In this document: one piece after another, positions 47,952-58,076 of the stretch
Layout of the letters: each line of letters begins with the position of its first letter
How positions within the stretch are numbered: the first letter of the stretch is position 1
Position numbers and translations under genes: made by a program
The notes under the pieces: generated by a model
Databases searched by the model: none
What the model was told of the DNA's origin: nothing
What the model saw: only the letters and a program-made list of their open reading frames with translations
Assembly (NCBI GenBank): GCA_043819095.1
Contig: JBDRFF010000015.1
Coordinates: forward strand, 1-61,691
Reading direction: 5' to 3'
Length of the DNA: 61,691 nt
Origin: Candidatus Omnitrophota bacterium
Lineage (GTDB): Bacteria; Omnitrophota; Gorgyraeia; VGKH01

Positions 47952-49235
47952 TTAGTTTTTGACGATGCCAGGGTTTTTATCTAAGATTCTAAGAAGGGCC
48001 TCTGCTACCTCGGGATCAAACTGGGTTCCGGAGCATCTCTTTAATTCCTCGACTGCTTTCTCTACACCAAGTGCTTTGCGATATGGCCTATCTGATACCA
48101 TAGTATCAAATGCATCAGAGACGGCCAGAATCTTAGCTCCTAATTCGATCTTATAACCTGAAAGGCCGTCGGGATAGCCTTTACCGCTAGGCCACTCATG
48201 ATGATGCCTTATAAATTTGACGGCATTTTTTAAAAACGGTAATGATTTTAAGATTTCCTCGCCCTTGGCCGGATGGGTCTTAATCTGAGCGTATTCATCA
48301 TCCGTAAGTTTCGCGGGTTTCGTCAAAATCTCATCTCTAATTGCGATCTTGCCGATATCGTGCAATAAACCGCCTCTGCGTATGTCTTCTATCTCGGCAT
48401 CTGATAATTTCATCTCTTTTGCTATAGACACAGCGTATTTGGTAACATTCGAAGAATGTTTGAAGGTATAAGGGTCTTTAGCATCTAGCGCCTCGGCTAA
48501 TGCGGATACTGTCCTTAAATAACCCTCCTGAATCTCTTGGTAGAAATAGGCATTCTGGATTGCGATGGCGGTCTGTATTGCCATGCTCTTTAAGATTCTT
48601 ATATCGTCTTCGTTAAAAGGATAACCCGTCTTTCTGCTATTAGCATTAATAACGCCGACGCTCTCTCCTTTAAAAGAAAGCGGCATGCTTAAGATTGAGC
48701 CATGATAATATTTTTCTTTATTATGCGTCCTAAACCAGCTATCCTCGTCAATATCCTTTATAAGAATAGCTTCTTTTTCATCCATAACTTTGCCCGAAAG
48801 GCTTTCGCCTTTTTTTATCCTGGTTGATTCTGCAAGGTCCTCGGGGATTCCTATTGCGTACTTGACAGTCAACTCTTTGTTGTCTTTATCAGAAAGCAGG
48901 AGAGCGCATTTCTGAACATTTAAGATGTGGGCGACATTTTCCACTACGCATTGAGCTATGTCTTTGATCTTATACAGAACCGATATCTCCTGATCGAATT
49001 TCAGCAATAAATTTAATTCGTTTTCATAGAGAATCTTTTTCTCAAGTACTGAAGACGGCGCTTTATATTGCGGCTCTTTAATCCCGGGGATTTTTGACAG
49101 AATCGGCGTAATAATCTTGTGGCCTTTTTGCTCCCCTTGCCTTTCCTTCATCTTTCTGACGACGATGAATCTGGCAAGATTAAGCCCTAACAAAATTCCA
49201 AAAAATAATATTATAAAATAAATATTTGCTGTCAT
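47952..49235 (-). CDS. GAF + HD-GYP domain protein (putative c-di-GMP phosphodiesterase), N-terminal TM
   Basis: HDIGK and HHEWPSGKGYPDG motifs, with a GAF-like region upstream. Confidence 0.8.
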   Translation of the reverse strand: MTANIYFIILFFGILLGLNLARFIVVRKMKERQGEQKGHKIITPILSKIPGIKEPQYKAPSSVLEKKILYENELNLLLKFDQEISVLYKIKDIAQCVVENVAHILNVQKCALLLSDKDNKELTVKYAIGIPEDLAESTRIKKGESLSGKVMDEKEAILIKDIDEDSWFRTHNKEKYYHGSILSMPLSFKGESVGVINANSRKTGYPFNEDDIRILKSMAIQTAIAIQNAYFYQEIQEGYLRTVSALAEALDAKDPYTFKHSSNVTKYAVSIAKEMKLSDAEIEDIRRGGLLHDIGKIAIRDEILTKPAKLTDDEYAQIKTHPAKGEEILKSLPFLKNAVKFIRHHHEWPSGKGYPDGLSGYKIELGAKILAVSDAFDTMVSDRPYRKALGVEKAVEELKRCSGTQFDPEVAEALLRILDKNPGIVKN

Positions 49236-49558
49236 TTGATCGAACTTCCGATCTTAACTTCTCTGTCCGGAGCCAAAATTGATATACCGTTATCGTCGGA
49301 TGCTGCTAAAAGCATGGCCTGGCTCTCAACGCCGCGGATAGTTGCAGGCTCCAGATTATCAACCACGACAATTTGCCGGCCAATAAGCTGCTTGGGCTGA
49401 TAATCGTTCTTTATCCCTGCGACTATTGTTTTATCCTTGCCCCCGACATCAATCGTCACTACATAAAGCTTATCGGCATTGGGATGATCCTTGACTTCTT
49501 TGATCTTGGCAATCTTTATTTCTAATTTTTTAAACTCATTAAACGAAACCATATCCAT
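49232..49558 (-). CDS. CsaA/EMAP-type tRNA-binding domain protein
   Basis: 108 aa. KIAKIKEVKDHPNADKLYVVTIDVG OB-fold motif. Confidence 0.8.
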   Translation of the reverse strand: MDMVSFNEFKKLEIKIAKIKEVKDHPNADKLYVVTIDVGGKDKTIVAGIKNDYQPKQLIGRQIVVVDNLEPATIRGVESQAMLLAASDDNGISILAPDREVKIGSSIK

Positions 49559-49620
49559 CCTCCGTTTTAAATAATTATATCATAATATCTGCCCGCGCTC
49601 AATTAAAACAGTTTATCTAG

Positions 49621-49650
49621 ATAATAAAGCCGCTAACTGTTGTTAGCGGC
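49621..49650 (-). terminator. possible intrinsic terminator after the tRNA/GIY-YIG unit
   Basis: Minus strand reads gccgctaac-aaca-gttagcggc followed by tttattat. Confidence 0.4.
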
Positions 49651-49816
49651 GAAAGAAGGTCCTTCTCTTCAAACTATTAAAACTGTAGAAGCTCGGGATT
49701 AATTTTGGCTAATACTTATGTCGCTTCGCTCCATAAGCGTAAGCCAAACTAAGCGGGGACGACGGGTCCGGCTTCGCCTTATGGTATATAAGAAAAACTC
49801 TGACGGCTTCGCCGGA

Positions 49817-50071
49817 TCACCGCAATGCCGCCAGTCTTCGCCTTAAAAAGGCTCTGCCTGAATGACTCTTTAAATATAATTCAAATTCTTCTGCTAATTT
49901 CTTATTAGAAAATACAATATATGTTTCTAATTCCCAAGGGGCGTATCTATAGGTATAAGAATTTTTAGGTGGGCCTTTGTGTTCTGCGAGGCGTCTTTGA
50001 AGATTATCGGTATACCCTATATAAAATTTGCTTTTATTTTTCTTGCTTATGAGGATATATACGCAATACAT
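49817..50071 (-). CDS. stand-alone GIY-YIG nuclease-domain protein
   Basis: MYCVYILISKKNKSKFYIGYTDNLQRRLAEHKG is the GIY-YIG core. The track ORF extends to 50098. Confidence 0.75.
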   Translation of the reverse strand: MYCVYILISKKNKSKFYIGYTDNLQRRLAEHKGPPKNSYTYRYAPWELETYIVFSNKKLAEEFELYLKSHSGRAFLRRRLAALR

Positions 50072-50122
50072 ATTTTTGTGAAAGCCAGGCGGAGCCAAAG
50101 ACGAAAGTTCTTTGGCGAAGAC

Positions 50123-50201
50123 TGGCGGGGACGACGGGATTCGAACCCGCGATCTTCAGATCGACAATCTGACGCGTTAAACCAAACTACGCTACGTCCC
50201 C
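50123..50201 (-). tRNA. tRNA-Asp (anticodon GUC), CCA encoded
   Basis: Hand-folded cloverleaf. Acceptor ggggacg/cgtcccc, anticodon arm tcaga-ttGTCga-tctga, T-loop ttcgaat. Confidence 0.9.
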
Positions 50202-50349
50202 CAAAATTTTGTGAAACAAAATTTTATCCCGAATCCCGATGCTACGTCGGGACGAGGAAAAAATATCTATTAGTTGATTTATGGTCTCTCGCGACTAAAA
50301 ATTAATATTCTGGTCGCTCGAGATGAATTTTGCCTTTGGCAAAATTCAA

Positions 50350-50423
50350 TGGGCGATAGAGGACTTGAACCCCTGACCCTCTGCGTGTAAAGCAGATGCT
50401 CTAACCAACTGAGCTAATCGCCC
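50350..50423 (-). tRNA. tRNA-Val (anticodon UAC), CCA not encoded
   Basis: Hand-folded. Acceptor gggcgat/atcgccc, D-arm gctc-agttggtta-gagc, anticodon arm tctgc-ttTACac-gcaga. Confidence 0.9.
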
Positions 50424-50463
50424 GAAAAGTATAATTACTAATATGCCTTAGTTGGTTTACAGG

Positions 50464-51255
50464 TCAAAAACGAGCGGTTACTTTGATTCCTGCTCCACCT
50501 GGAAGAAGGGCAGGAGTAATTACGACCCGCTGCTCTTCTGTTTTATCCACGCTGGAAGCAGATAAATACGCAATCCACCAACCAAGCATTACCTGAGAAA
50601 GATAATGTTTATCCTTGTTTATTCTCGATATTCCGGGAAATGTTGAAGCCGCATAAAAAGCGCTTTTCAAGTAGAAATTATCTACCATCTTGGCAGCTGA
50701 TAAAAAAGGGATAGCCCCAAGAAATGAGTGTCCGCTCACCGAGTTATTGTCATCATAAAAACGCCAATCCGAATCACCTTCTGTTGGTCTTTGGGCGCCA
50801 AGGGCATATTGCCAAAAGACCATTTGCGGAGCTCCGATGAAAAGCGTTCGTGTCGATCGCCATCCCCATTCACCTATAACAGAACCGAGTTGCGTATCTT
50901 TAGTTAACTCTCCAATAACAACTGCTCCTAAATAAGCAGGAGCGGTCATCTTAAGATCCCCAAACGGCTCCCAAGCTTTCTCGAAATCATCAGTTTCTCC
51001 GCTCCTAATTTCATCTTGATACCATTGCCGAAAGTCCTGATCGGCAGATGTATTAGCTAATATTCCGCTTACCCCCAGCCCTATCGCAAGTTTTATCAAA
51101 TTCTCACCGGAATAAAAATTCTTGAGGTCTTGGAATGAATCATCTATTATTTCAGCTATTCTGCCTTCATCTTCTGACTCTGCATACGCACTATATGGAA
51201 AAATTAATAAAATCACTAATAAACAAATCGCTATTACCTTTTTCATTCCATCCAT
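50464..51255 (-). CDS. secreted/membrane PAP2-superfamily-like protein
   Basis: Signal peptide. Spaced RP ... SGH ... SRxxxxxHxxxQ (AQRP, VSGHS, SRINKDKHYLSQ) resembles the PAP2 tripartite motif, with the last Asp replaced. Confidence 0.45.
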   Translation of the reverse strand: MDGMKKVIAICLLVILLIFPYSAYAESEDEGRIAEIIDDSFQDLKNFYSGENLIKLAIGLGVSGILANTSADQDFRQWYQDEIRSGETDDFEKAWEPFGDLKMTAPAYLGAVVIGELTKDTQLGSVIGEWGWRSTRTLFIGAPQMVFWQYALGAQRPTEGDSDWRFYDDNNSVSGHSFLGAIPFLSAAKMVDNFYLKSAFYAASTFPGISRINKDKHYLSQVMLGWWIAYLSASSVDKTEEQRVVITPALLPGGAGIKVTARF

Positions 51256-51332
51256 CCTGTATAACCCTTTCTACTTTTAAATGTAAGCTAACCGTTCTGC
51301 TGACTTAAACAAAACACCATATATCCTGAATT

Positions 51333-51839
51333 TTATCCTCCGAACCATTTCTTTATCCAGCGATATAGCCAATATGGATAATATCCGCCCCATTGCCCAC
51401 CATCGGTAAGCGAAGCTTCCTTATTTCGGTATTGTCCGTGCCTGCGCCTTGCCTCTGCTAAAAAGTGCGCTTCGCTAGCAACCACTCTATAATCCCATTT
51501 CCTACGAGGAGACCGGTTAGGGTTAATGTCTAATTGGGTAAAATTGCTGCCCCAAGGCAATCCATCCGAAACATATCCGTTATGATCAACCACATATCTA
51601 AACTCAGAGTGTCTAATGGCACCTAAATTCCAAACTGCCTCTACTGTAGCTATAATCTCAATACAAAATTGCAAAGGAGGACCGATAATATTATCTAGTC
51701 TAAATTTAAAAAAATCCCATTTAGTGGGAGTATATGCGCTAGAGATTGTAGCCGCGCCAAATAAAATACAAAGAACGACAATTAATATTACAAAAGTCCT
51801 TACAAAATCATTATTTGTTCGAAAAATAAATTTAGCCAC
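51333..51839 (-). CDS. hypothetical N-terminally anchored protein
   Basis: 168 aa with a single N-terminal TM. No motif recognised. Confidence 0.4.
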   Translation of the reverse strand: MAKFIFRTNNDFVRTFVILIVVLCILFGAATISSAYTPTKWDFFKFRLDNIIGPPLQFCIEIIATVEAVWNLGAIRHSEFRYVVDHNGYVSDGLPWGSNFTQLDINPNRSPRRKWDYRVVASEAHFLAEARRRHGQYRNKEASLTDGGQWGGYYPYWLYRWIKKWFGG

Positions 51840-51922
51840 AATAAAAACGTTTCTAAATAACTATAATATAATAATTACACAAGCTGTCTATGTCAACAAA
51901 AGATTAATCTCGATAACTAATC

Positions 51923-52372
51923 TTATAATTTCGCCACAGACATCAAGATAAATACCATTACAAAAAGTGCGACGGTCTCGATTACACCTAAAACCATAAG
52001 ATAATTACCAAAACCTTTGCCTGTCTCGGCAAGCGCATCTGAAGCGGCTGCGCCGGCTTTGCCTTGCATCCAGGCAGATAAGCCCATAGCTATGCCTCCC
52101 AGGATACCAGCAGACCATAAGAATTGGCCTTTAGCAGCGGCTTCTGCTAAGGCATTCATAACAATCATGCCGTAAATAGTCTGTGTAAGCGGCGCACCTA
52201 CGAATGCAATAAGAATAAACGGTGCATTCTTATTCTGTGCGAAACATTTTTTCCAAGCACCAACCGCTGCCATGCCTGCGGCTCCGGTTCCAAGTGCCGA
52301 GCCCATGGCTGCAAAAGCTAATACTGCGGCCAGACCTAAATCCTTAAACTGCACTAAAATTCCTGCTTCCAT
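51923..52372 (-). CDS. ntpK: V-type ATPase proteolipid subunit K
   Basis: 149 aa, Gly/Ala-rich, four-helix proteolipid. Last gene of the V-ATPase operon. Confidence 0.85.
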   Translation of the reverse strand: MEAGILVQFKDLGLAAVLAFAAMGSALGTGAAGMAAVGAWKKCFAQNKNAPFILIAFVGAPLTQTIYGMIVMNALAEAAAKGQFLWSAGILGGIAMGLSAWMQGKAGAAASDALAETGKGFGNYLMVLGVIETVALFVMVFILMSVAKL

Positions 52373-52386
52373 TTCATTCCTCCTTC

Positions 52387-52605
52387 AATGAGACCGTGAC
52401 TTACGCGACTGCTAAAGGAGCGTAAGCCATTTGGTCGAATTAAACCCACCACCACTTTTAGTAATGAGGCGTTCTTTTTACATAAAACGTTTATCTTCTT
52501 TTCAAACCCACCACTTTAATTCTACAGTAGTTTCTAAAAGTGGTGGGGGTCAAACTCAGACAAACAACTTACGTTCACTTTCGCTCCGTAAGTTGTGTCT
52601 TCGTT
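52387..52605 (-). repeat. family 1 element, copy D (219 bp)
   Basis: cttacgc/gcgtaag; cccaccaccactttt/aaaagtggtggggg; acaacttacg/cgtaagttgt. The central ~70 nt is homologous to copy A. Overlaps the last 10 codons of ntpI. Confidence 0.85.
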
Positions 52606-54341
52606 TTAAATGGTACGTATGGAGATCCTGACCATTCCATACCGAGATGACTTGAGAATTCTAAGACATTTAATCTGAGTCCGTGCACCAAAATAGACAT
52701 GGCGCCTAAGGCTATATTTAAAGTATGACCAAGAAGTAAAATTATAACGGTTATTACTCCGCCTAGGATACCGTCTCCTACGCCTGCGGCCATCTGATTG
52801 AATGCATCTGCCACTGCAACGGTGGCAGTGCCTATGGCAAATAATCGAATGTAAGAAACCACATCAGTAAAACTACTGACGGCGTTGAGAAGAAAATCCT
52901 TAAATCCCAATCCTACGCTTTTAAAAACATTTCTCGAGGGATTGCTAAATAATACTATAAGGCCGGCTCCGACGATAAAAAGCCATTTGGCAAAAACAGG
53001 AAACACCTCGCTTAAAATCAACATCCGCGCCAGAAAGAACGCGCCCCAAAGCATGCATATCCAGCCTATCTCACTTAAACTCTTAAGATGCGGCATCTTC
53101 ATCAATCCTTTCCACAGATGCGCGATGCTTAAGTGTAGCGCCCCGATAAAAAAGCACAATGCCTGCATATTCCTACTGTTATTTAAAGAAGGCATCAACG
53201 GCTCAATGCGCTGCACAAGCCAGGCCTGGCCAAAGAAAGTGCCGGTAAGCACGCCCCAGATTATCGCGGTCGCACTTAATATATACATCAGAGAAAAAAT
53301 TCGCGTATCCTTAAGAGTCTTATTTAATTTTCTGTGCAGGAAAAGATTCAGAAGCAATACTATTACGCCATAACCGGCATCTCCTATCAATATCCCGAAA
53401 AACACAGAGAAAAATAACAAAAACCATAGACTTATATCTACCTCTTTGTATCCAGGCAAAGCCTTTATAATATCAAATACAGGTTTGATTATCTGGACCC
53501 AGCGAGGATTTCTGATCAATGTCGGCACATTATCATTTATGTCGGGCTCTTCAATAAGAAGGCCCCATCTTTCGTGGCTTGACTTTTCTTCCAGAAGCAC
53601 AACCGAATCATAAGGAATATATCCCCGCACATAAGAAAGCATTTCGGATTTCCCCGCGCCTACCAAGGTTTCCTGAAACTGCAAAATCGATTCCAGGCGC
53701 TCTTGATAATCATTCAATGCTCTTTTGTATTGTGCGTAAATATGAATTTTTTCATCGATCTTCTTTATCTTTTCTCGGTCACTATTTTGTTTTTTTAATA
53801 CGCTACCCAATCTTTCTTTGGGCAGTTCCAAAACCTCAAAAGGTACTTTTATATCTCTTTGAGAAATCAATGCGCAATAGAGAGAGCTACTTTTTTTAAA
53901 TAGAATCTGCGTAACTATATCCTCGGGGATCTCTTTTTTTCTTTTTTCGGGAATTACGGCGAGATGAACTCGTAAATTTTTATTTTTAAAATATTCGATA
54001 AGTGCGGGATCAAAATCGCCCCATTCCTGCCAGCGGTCGATATGCCTCTGTCTTTTAAGCATATCATCCTGAATGCGTTTCTTTTCTTTTAAGGCGCTGA
54101 CTATTTCGTCTGCTATGTGCTGTTCATTGCCTCGTAAATGCTTTTGCGTCTCAGTATCCGCAAGTACTGCAGTTGCCTGTGCAACGCGCATCATCTCAAG
54201 CTTAAGCCTTTGTACTTCGTCTCCCACAGGAACATTCTGGTGTTCCACATGCAAAACTCCTAAATCTCGCAGCGACTTCAGAGTTTCTTTAGTATCCTTT
54301 GATTGCACAACCACAGTTATTTTTTTCATCGGGACTATCAT
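52575..54341 (-). CDS. ntpI: V-type ATPase subunit I
   Basis: 588 aa. Soluble coiled N-half plus a multi-TM C-half. The final codons KTKTQLTERK and the stop lie inside repeat copy D. Confidence 0.85.
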   Translation of the reverse strand: MIVPMKKITVVVQSKDTKETLKSLRDLGVLHVEHQNVPVGDEVQRLKLEMMRVAQATAVLADTETQKHLRGNEQHIADEIVSALKEKKRIQDDMLKRQRHIDRWQEWGDFDPALIEYFKNKNLRVHLAVIPEKRKKEIPEDIVTQILFKKSSSLYCALISQRDIKVPFEVLELPKERLGSVLKKQNSDREKIKKIDEKIHIYAQYKRALNDYQERLESILQFQETLVGAGKSEMLSYVRGYIPYDSVVLLEEKSSHERWGLLIEEPDINDNVPTLIRNPRWVQIIKPVFDIIKALPGYKEVDISLWFLLFFSVFFGILIGDAGYGVIVLLLNLFLHRKLNKTLKDTRIFSLMYILSATAIIWGVLTGTFFGQAWLVQRIEPLMPSLNNSRNMQALCFFIGALHLSIAHLWKGLMKMPHLKSLSEIGWICMLWGAFFLARMLILSEVFPVFAKWLFIVGAGLIVLFSNPSRNVFKSVGLGFKDFLLNAVSSFTDVVSYIRLFAIGTATVAVADAFNQMAAGVGDGILGGVITVIILLLGHTLNIALGAMSILVHGLRLNVLEFSSHLGMEWSGSPYVPFKTKTQLTERK

Positions 54342-54955
54342 GCAACGGCCCCCTCTGCTACTGCCTGGGCAATTTTATTTTTTGCCAGCTTGCTGCGGCC
54401 TACGGCATTGGTCTGTTGGTCACCGAGATAAATTCTAATCTTTCGAATATTCTCTCTGCATTCCGGAATCTTTACCTTTTCAAGCAGATTAACCCTTTGG
54501 GTAGTAATGCGTAATTCCTCCTGCAATAATTTAACTTGAGTCTTAAGCACGCGCGTCTCTTCAATTAATATTATAAGTCCCTGAATCTTTTTTATTGCTG
54601 TATCTACCCACAATGGCGTAGAAAATAAATCATATTCAACTTTGCCAAATTCAACGCGCTCTAACACAGGCAGGTCAACGCTTGCGATATTTATGGTTTT
54701 AACGATTATATTTCGCGGTTTAACCCAGCTATTAAAATCTTTTGATCGCTCGACGAGAAGCCCTACCCAAATTTTGATCTTTCGCTGAAAAATCTCTATT
54801 TCTTTAAGCTTTTCATTTAATTCGATACGCAATCGTTGGATCTCAATCATGATCTGTTGTTTCTTCAACTGCAACGTAGGAAGATAACGCTCGAATTGTT
54901 TTAGGCTGTCTCTTTGTCTTTTAAGTTCGCCTTTTGTCAATCTTATCTTTGCCAT
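54338..54955 (-). CDS. ntpD: V-type ATPase subunit D
   Basis: 205 aa coiled-coil protein. MAKIRLTKGELKRQRDSLKQFERYLPTLQLKKQQ is typical. Confidence 0.85.
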   Translation of the reverse strand: MAKIRLTKGELKRQRDSLKQFERYLPTLQLKKQQIMIEIQRLRIELNEKLKEIEIFQRKIKIWVGLLVERSKDFNSWVKPRNIIVKTINIASVDLPVLERVEFGKVEYDLFSTPLWVDTAIKKIQGLIILIEETRVLKTQVKLLQEELRITTQRVNLLEKVKIPECRENIRKIRIYLGDQQTNAVGRSKLAKNKIAQAVAEGAVA

Positions 54956-54987
54956 GGAGCCACCATCGCTTCCTTGTTTGTGGCGAC

Positions 54988-55030
54988 ATCCGCCGTAGCT
55001 GAAGGCGAAAGCGCTTCAGCGAAGGCGGAT
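54988..55030 (-). other. GC-rich intercistronic stem-loop between ntpB and ntpD
   Basis: atccgcc..gctgaag-gcgaaagc-cttcagc..ggcggat nested palindrome inside an otherwise AT-rich spacer. Confidence 0.5.
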
Positions 55031-55033
55031 AAA

Positions 55034-56332
55034 TTATGTTTTTTTTGGCCAGAATTTATCTATAAGACTAGATTGTATGCCTGTCTCTGCAGGCTCAAAA
55101 TTCTCAGCCATGATTTCCCAGCCTAAATCAAGGGCCTTTTCAAGCGGGACATTAACAGAAAGGTTCATTAATTTCTCTTCGAATGACTTTCCGTATTTTA
55201 ACAGCTTCTTATCCCATTGGCTCATGCGAAAACCCATAGCTAGTTTTTCTTTGGTCTCGCGGTATTCGGCAAAAAGCTGCGTCATAGTATTCATAATAGT
55301 CCTGTGGTCATCTCTGGTCTTGCCGTTTACCTGCTGTTTCAGACGGCTTAAAGAACCGAATAAATCAATCACGCCGTTGCGTAAATAAAACTGTCCTTCA
55401 GTAATATATCCTGTATTGTCCGGAACAGGATGGGTAATATCATCGCCGGGCATTGTGGTGACAGCAAGAATGGTAATGGCGCCAGCTGTATCAAAATCAA
55501 CTGCCTTTTCGTATCGCGCGGCCAGCTGACTATACAGATCTCCGGGATAGCCTCTGTTTGAAGGAATCTGCTGCATGGTAATTGAGATTTCTTTTAATGC
55601 GTCGGCAAAATTGGTCATATCCGTCAGGAGCACAAGCACTCTTTTACCTGCCAGGGCAAACTGCTCAGCCACTGCAAGCGACATATCAGGAACTAATAGA
55701 CATTCTACGGTAGGATCTGATGCAGTATGGACAAAAAATATCGACTTGGAAAGTGCTCCATGGCTCTCAAATGTATTGCGAAAGAAAAGATAATCATCGT
55801 ATTTAAGTCCTAATCCTCCGAGAATAATCATATCCACTTCGGTCTGTATGGCAATACGTGCCAAAAGTTCGTTATACGGCTCGCCGGGCACAGAGAATAT
55901 TGGCAGTTTCTGTGATTCCACCAGCGAATTAAAAACATCTATCATAGGAATTCCTGTGCGTATCATCCTCCTTGGAATAATTCTCTTGGCGGGATTAACC
56001 GGAGGACCGCCGATATCTATCATATTTTCAGTAAGAGCAGGCCCATTATCGCGCGCCAAGCCTGCGCCATTAAATATGCGTCCCATAAGGTTACTCGAGA
56101 AAGATACCCTCATAGGATGATGTAAAAATCTGACCCTATCTCCGGTAGAGACGCCGCGACTACCGGCAAACACCTGTAAATAAGTTCGGTTGTCATCCAT
56201 GCGGATAACCTGCGCCAAAGATGCGCCTCTACTAGACTGGATCTCCGCAAGCTCCTTATAACCTACGCCTTCGGCCTCGACGGTAACAACGTCACCGGAA
56301 ATCTGTAAGATACGATTATAAATCCTTTTCAT
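55034..56332 (-). CDS. ntpB: V-type ATPase subunit B
   Basis: 432 aa, a non-catalytic A/B-family subunit. Overlaps the ntpA stop by 17 nt. Confidence 0.9.
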   Translation of the reverse strand: MKRIYNRILQISGDVVTVEAEGVGYKELAEIQSSRGASLAQVIRMDDNRTYLQVFAGSRGVSTGDRVRFLHHPMRVSFSSNLMGRIFNGAGLARDNGPALTENMIDIGGPPVNPAKRIIPRRMIRTGIPMIDVFNSLVESQKLPIFSVPGEPYNELLARIAIQTEVDMIILGGLGLKYDDYLFFRNTFESHGALSKSIFFVHTASDPTVECLLVPDMSLAVAEQFALAGKRVLVLLTDMTNFADALKEISITMQQIPSNRGYPGDLYSQLAARYEKAVDFDTAGAITILAVTTMPGDDITHPVPDNTGYITEGQFYLRNGVIDLFGSLSRLKQQVNGKTRDDHRTIMNTMTQLFAEYRETKEKLAMGFRMSQWDKKLLKYGKSFEEKLMNLSVNVPLEKALDLGWEIMAENFEPAETGIQSSLIDKFWPKKT

Positions 56333-58076
56333 TTTCTTTGTTTGTATCTATCCTTTTTTCTTGGACGTTAGTTCTTATCTCTTTTTCCTTGGACTTAAAT
56401 TCACTTACCTGCCAGGCTATGGAATTCCATTCATGGAATTTCTGGACTAGGACCTGGAAAAATTTTCGCGACTCTGCTTTATCCTTAAAATCAAATTCCG
56501 AAGTAATAATTTCGTGAATCACATTAAAGACATATCGCTGCCTCTCTGCAATAGTTGATTCATCAACCTCATCATAAGCATTCTGCTGCAAAAATACGGC
56601 ATCGATAAATTCGCCTTTCATATGGACGGTAAAATCTGCCAGAGAAGTACCTTCTTCGCCGATTACCTTCATCATATGATATACTTCATTGCTCTTGCGT
56701 AATATCCGTTTGCCATCGCTAACTTGTTTTTCATCGACAACGCTCTTATATTTACTCCAGCTGTCTAATGGATCAATGGCAGGGTATTTTCGTGCATTAG
56801 AACGGTCGCGCGAAAGCCCGTGGAAAGCGCCCACTACTTTTAATGTTGCCTGCGTTACTGGCTCCTCGAAATTTCCTCCGGCAGGGCTTACCGTGCCGCC
56901 GATGGTTACAGAACCAAGACTTCCGTCGCGCAACTTTACAATGCCAGCCCGTTCATAAAATGAGGCTATTCTTGTCTCTAAGTAAGCTGGAAAAGCCTCT
57001 TCGCCGGGAATCTCTTCCAGGCGACCAGACATCTCACGCATAGCTTGGGCCCAGCGCGAAGTTGAATCAGCCAAAAGCAAAACATGCAATCCCATTTGTC
57101 TGTAATACTCAGCAATCGTTACTGCCGTATACACGCTCGATTCCCGAGCAGCAACAGGCATAGAGCTTGTATTACAAATAATCACCGTGCGGTCAATAAG
57201 CGGCTTGTTGGTCTTGGCATCCTTTATTTCAGGGAACGTCCTTAATGTCTCTACAACCTCTCCTGCGCGCTCACCGCAGGCTGCGATAATCACAACGTCA
57301 ATCTCTGCGTGCCTGCTAATCAACTGCTGCAAAACTGTCTTGCCCGAACCGAATGGCCCGGGAATACAATACGTTCCACCCTGAGCTACGGGGAAGAAGG
57401 TATCGATTAATCTAATCTTTGTATTTAATGGTTCCTCCGGTCTAAGTTTTTCTGAATAGGCAGTGATGGGGATCTTCACCGGCCAGATCTGCTGCATACT
57501 TGCTTTATGGATTTTTCCCTGCTCATCTCTAAGTTCGGCAATGGTGTCTTTAAGCTTGTAGATTCCGGCTTTTGCAATTTTTGTTATCTTCAGATCCCCT
57601 TTGAGAACAAAGGGAACCATAATCCAGTGCTTGAACATCCCTTCGTTAACAAAACCAAGCTTATCCGCGGATTTAACTTTATCGTTCTGTTTTGCAGTAG
57701 GCGTAAATTTCCATTTATCTGTATCGGGTAATGCCTCCAGATATACGCCGCGCTTTAAGAAAAATCCGTATTTTTCTGCCAACTGCGGTAGGGGATTCTG
57801 CAGGCCGTCGAATATCTGGCCCAGCAATCCCGGCCCAAGCTCGACGGATAAAAGCTCCCCGGTAAATTCTACTCGCTCGTTGATTTTAATGCCACCTGTA
57901 TCTTCGTAGACCTGGAGCTCTGCGCTGTTGCCCTTTACGCGGATTACTTCTGACTTAAGTCGCTCCTCATTATGAATAATATATGCTACTTCATTTTGAA
58001 TGACATAGTCGTCGAATGAGACAATAGCCATATTCCCGTTTATTCCGGAGACTCTGCCGTATCTTTGGTTTTTCAT
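56316..58076 (-). CDS. ntpA: V-type ATPase catalytic subunit A
   Basis: 586 aa. Walker [10 protein letters not shown], and the non-homologous insert typical of A subunits. Confidence 0.95.
   Translation of the reverse strand: MKNQRYGRVSGINGNMAIVSFDDYVIQNEVAYIIHNEERLKSEVIRVKGNSAELQVYEDTGGIKINERVEFTGELLSVELGPGLLGQIFDGLQNPLPQLAEKYGFFLKRGVYLEALPDTDKWKFTPTAKQNDKVKSADKLGFVNEGMFKHWIMVPFVLKGDLKITKIAKAGIYKLKDTIAELRDEQGKIHKASMQQIWPVKIPITAYSEKLRPEEPLNTKIRLIDTFFPVAQGGTYCIPGPFGSGKTVLQQLISRHAEIDVVIIAACGERAGEVVETLRTFPEIKDAKTNKPLIDRTVIICNTSSMPVAARESSVYTAVTIAEYYRQMGLHVLLLADSTSRWAQAMREMSGRLEEIPGEEAFPAYLETRIASFYERAGIVKLRDGSLGSVTIGGTVSPAGGNFEEPVTQATLKVVGAFHGLSRDRSNARKYPAIDPLDSWSKYKSVVDEKQVSDGKRILRKSNEVYHMMKVIGEEGTSLADFTVHMKGEFIDAVFLQQNAYDEVDESTIAERQRYVFNVIHEIITSEFDFKDKAESRKFFQVLVQKFHEWNSIAWQVSEFKSKEKEIRTNVQEKRIDTNKENEKDL

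Noticed and set aside
49753-49766. Possible third tRNA gene
   Set aside because: Only 14 nt of the tRNA-Asp 3' end are present, and no cloverleaf can be folded around it. It is interpreted as a duplicated fragment (att-like scar).
56316-56332. 17-nt overlap of ntpA and ntpB as a frameshift or fusion signal
   Set aside because: Both ORFs are full length with intact termini. Short overlaps are common in tightly coupled operons.
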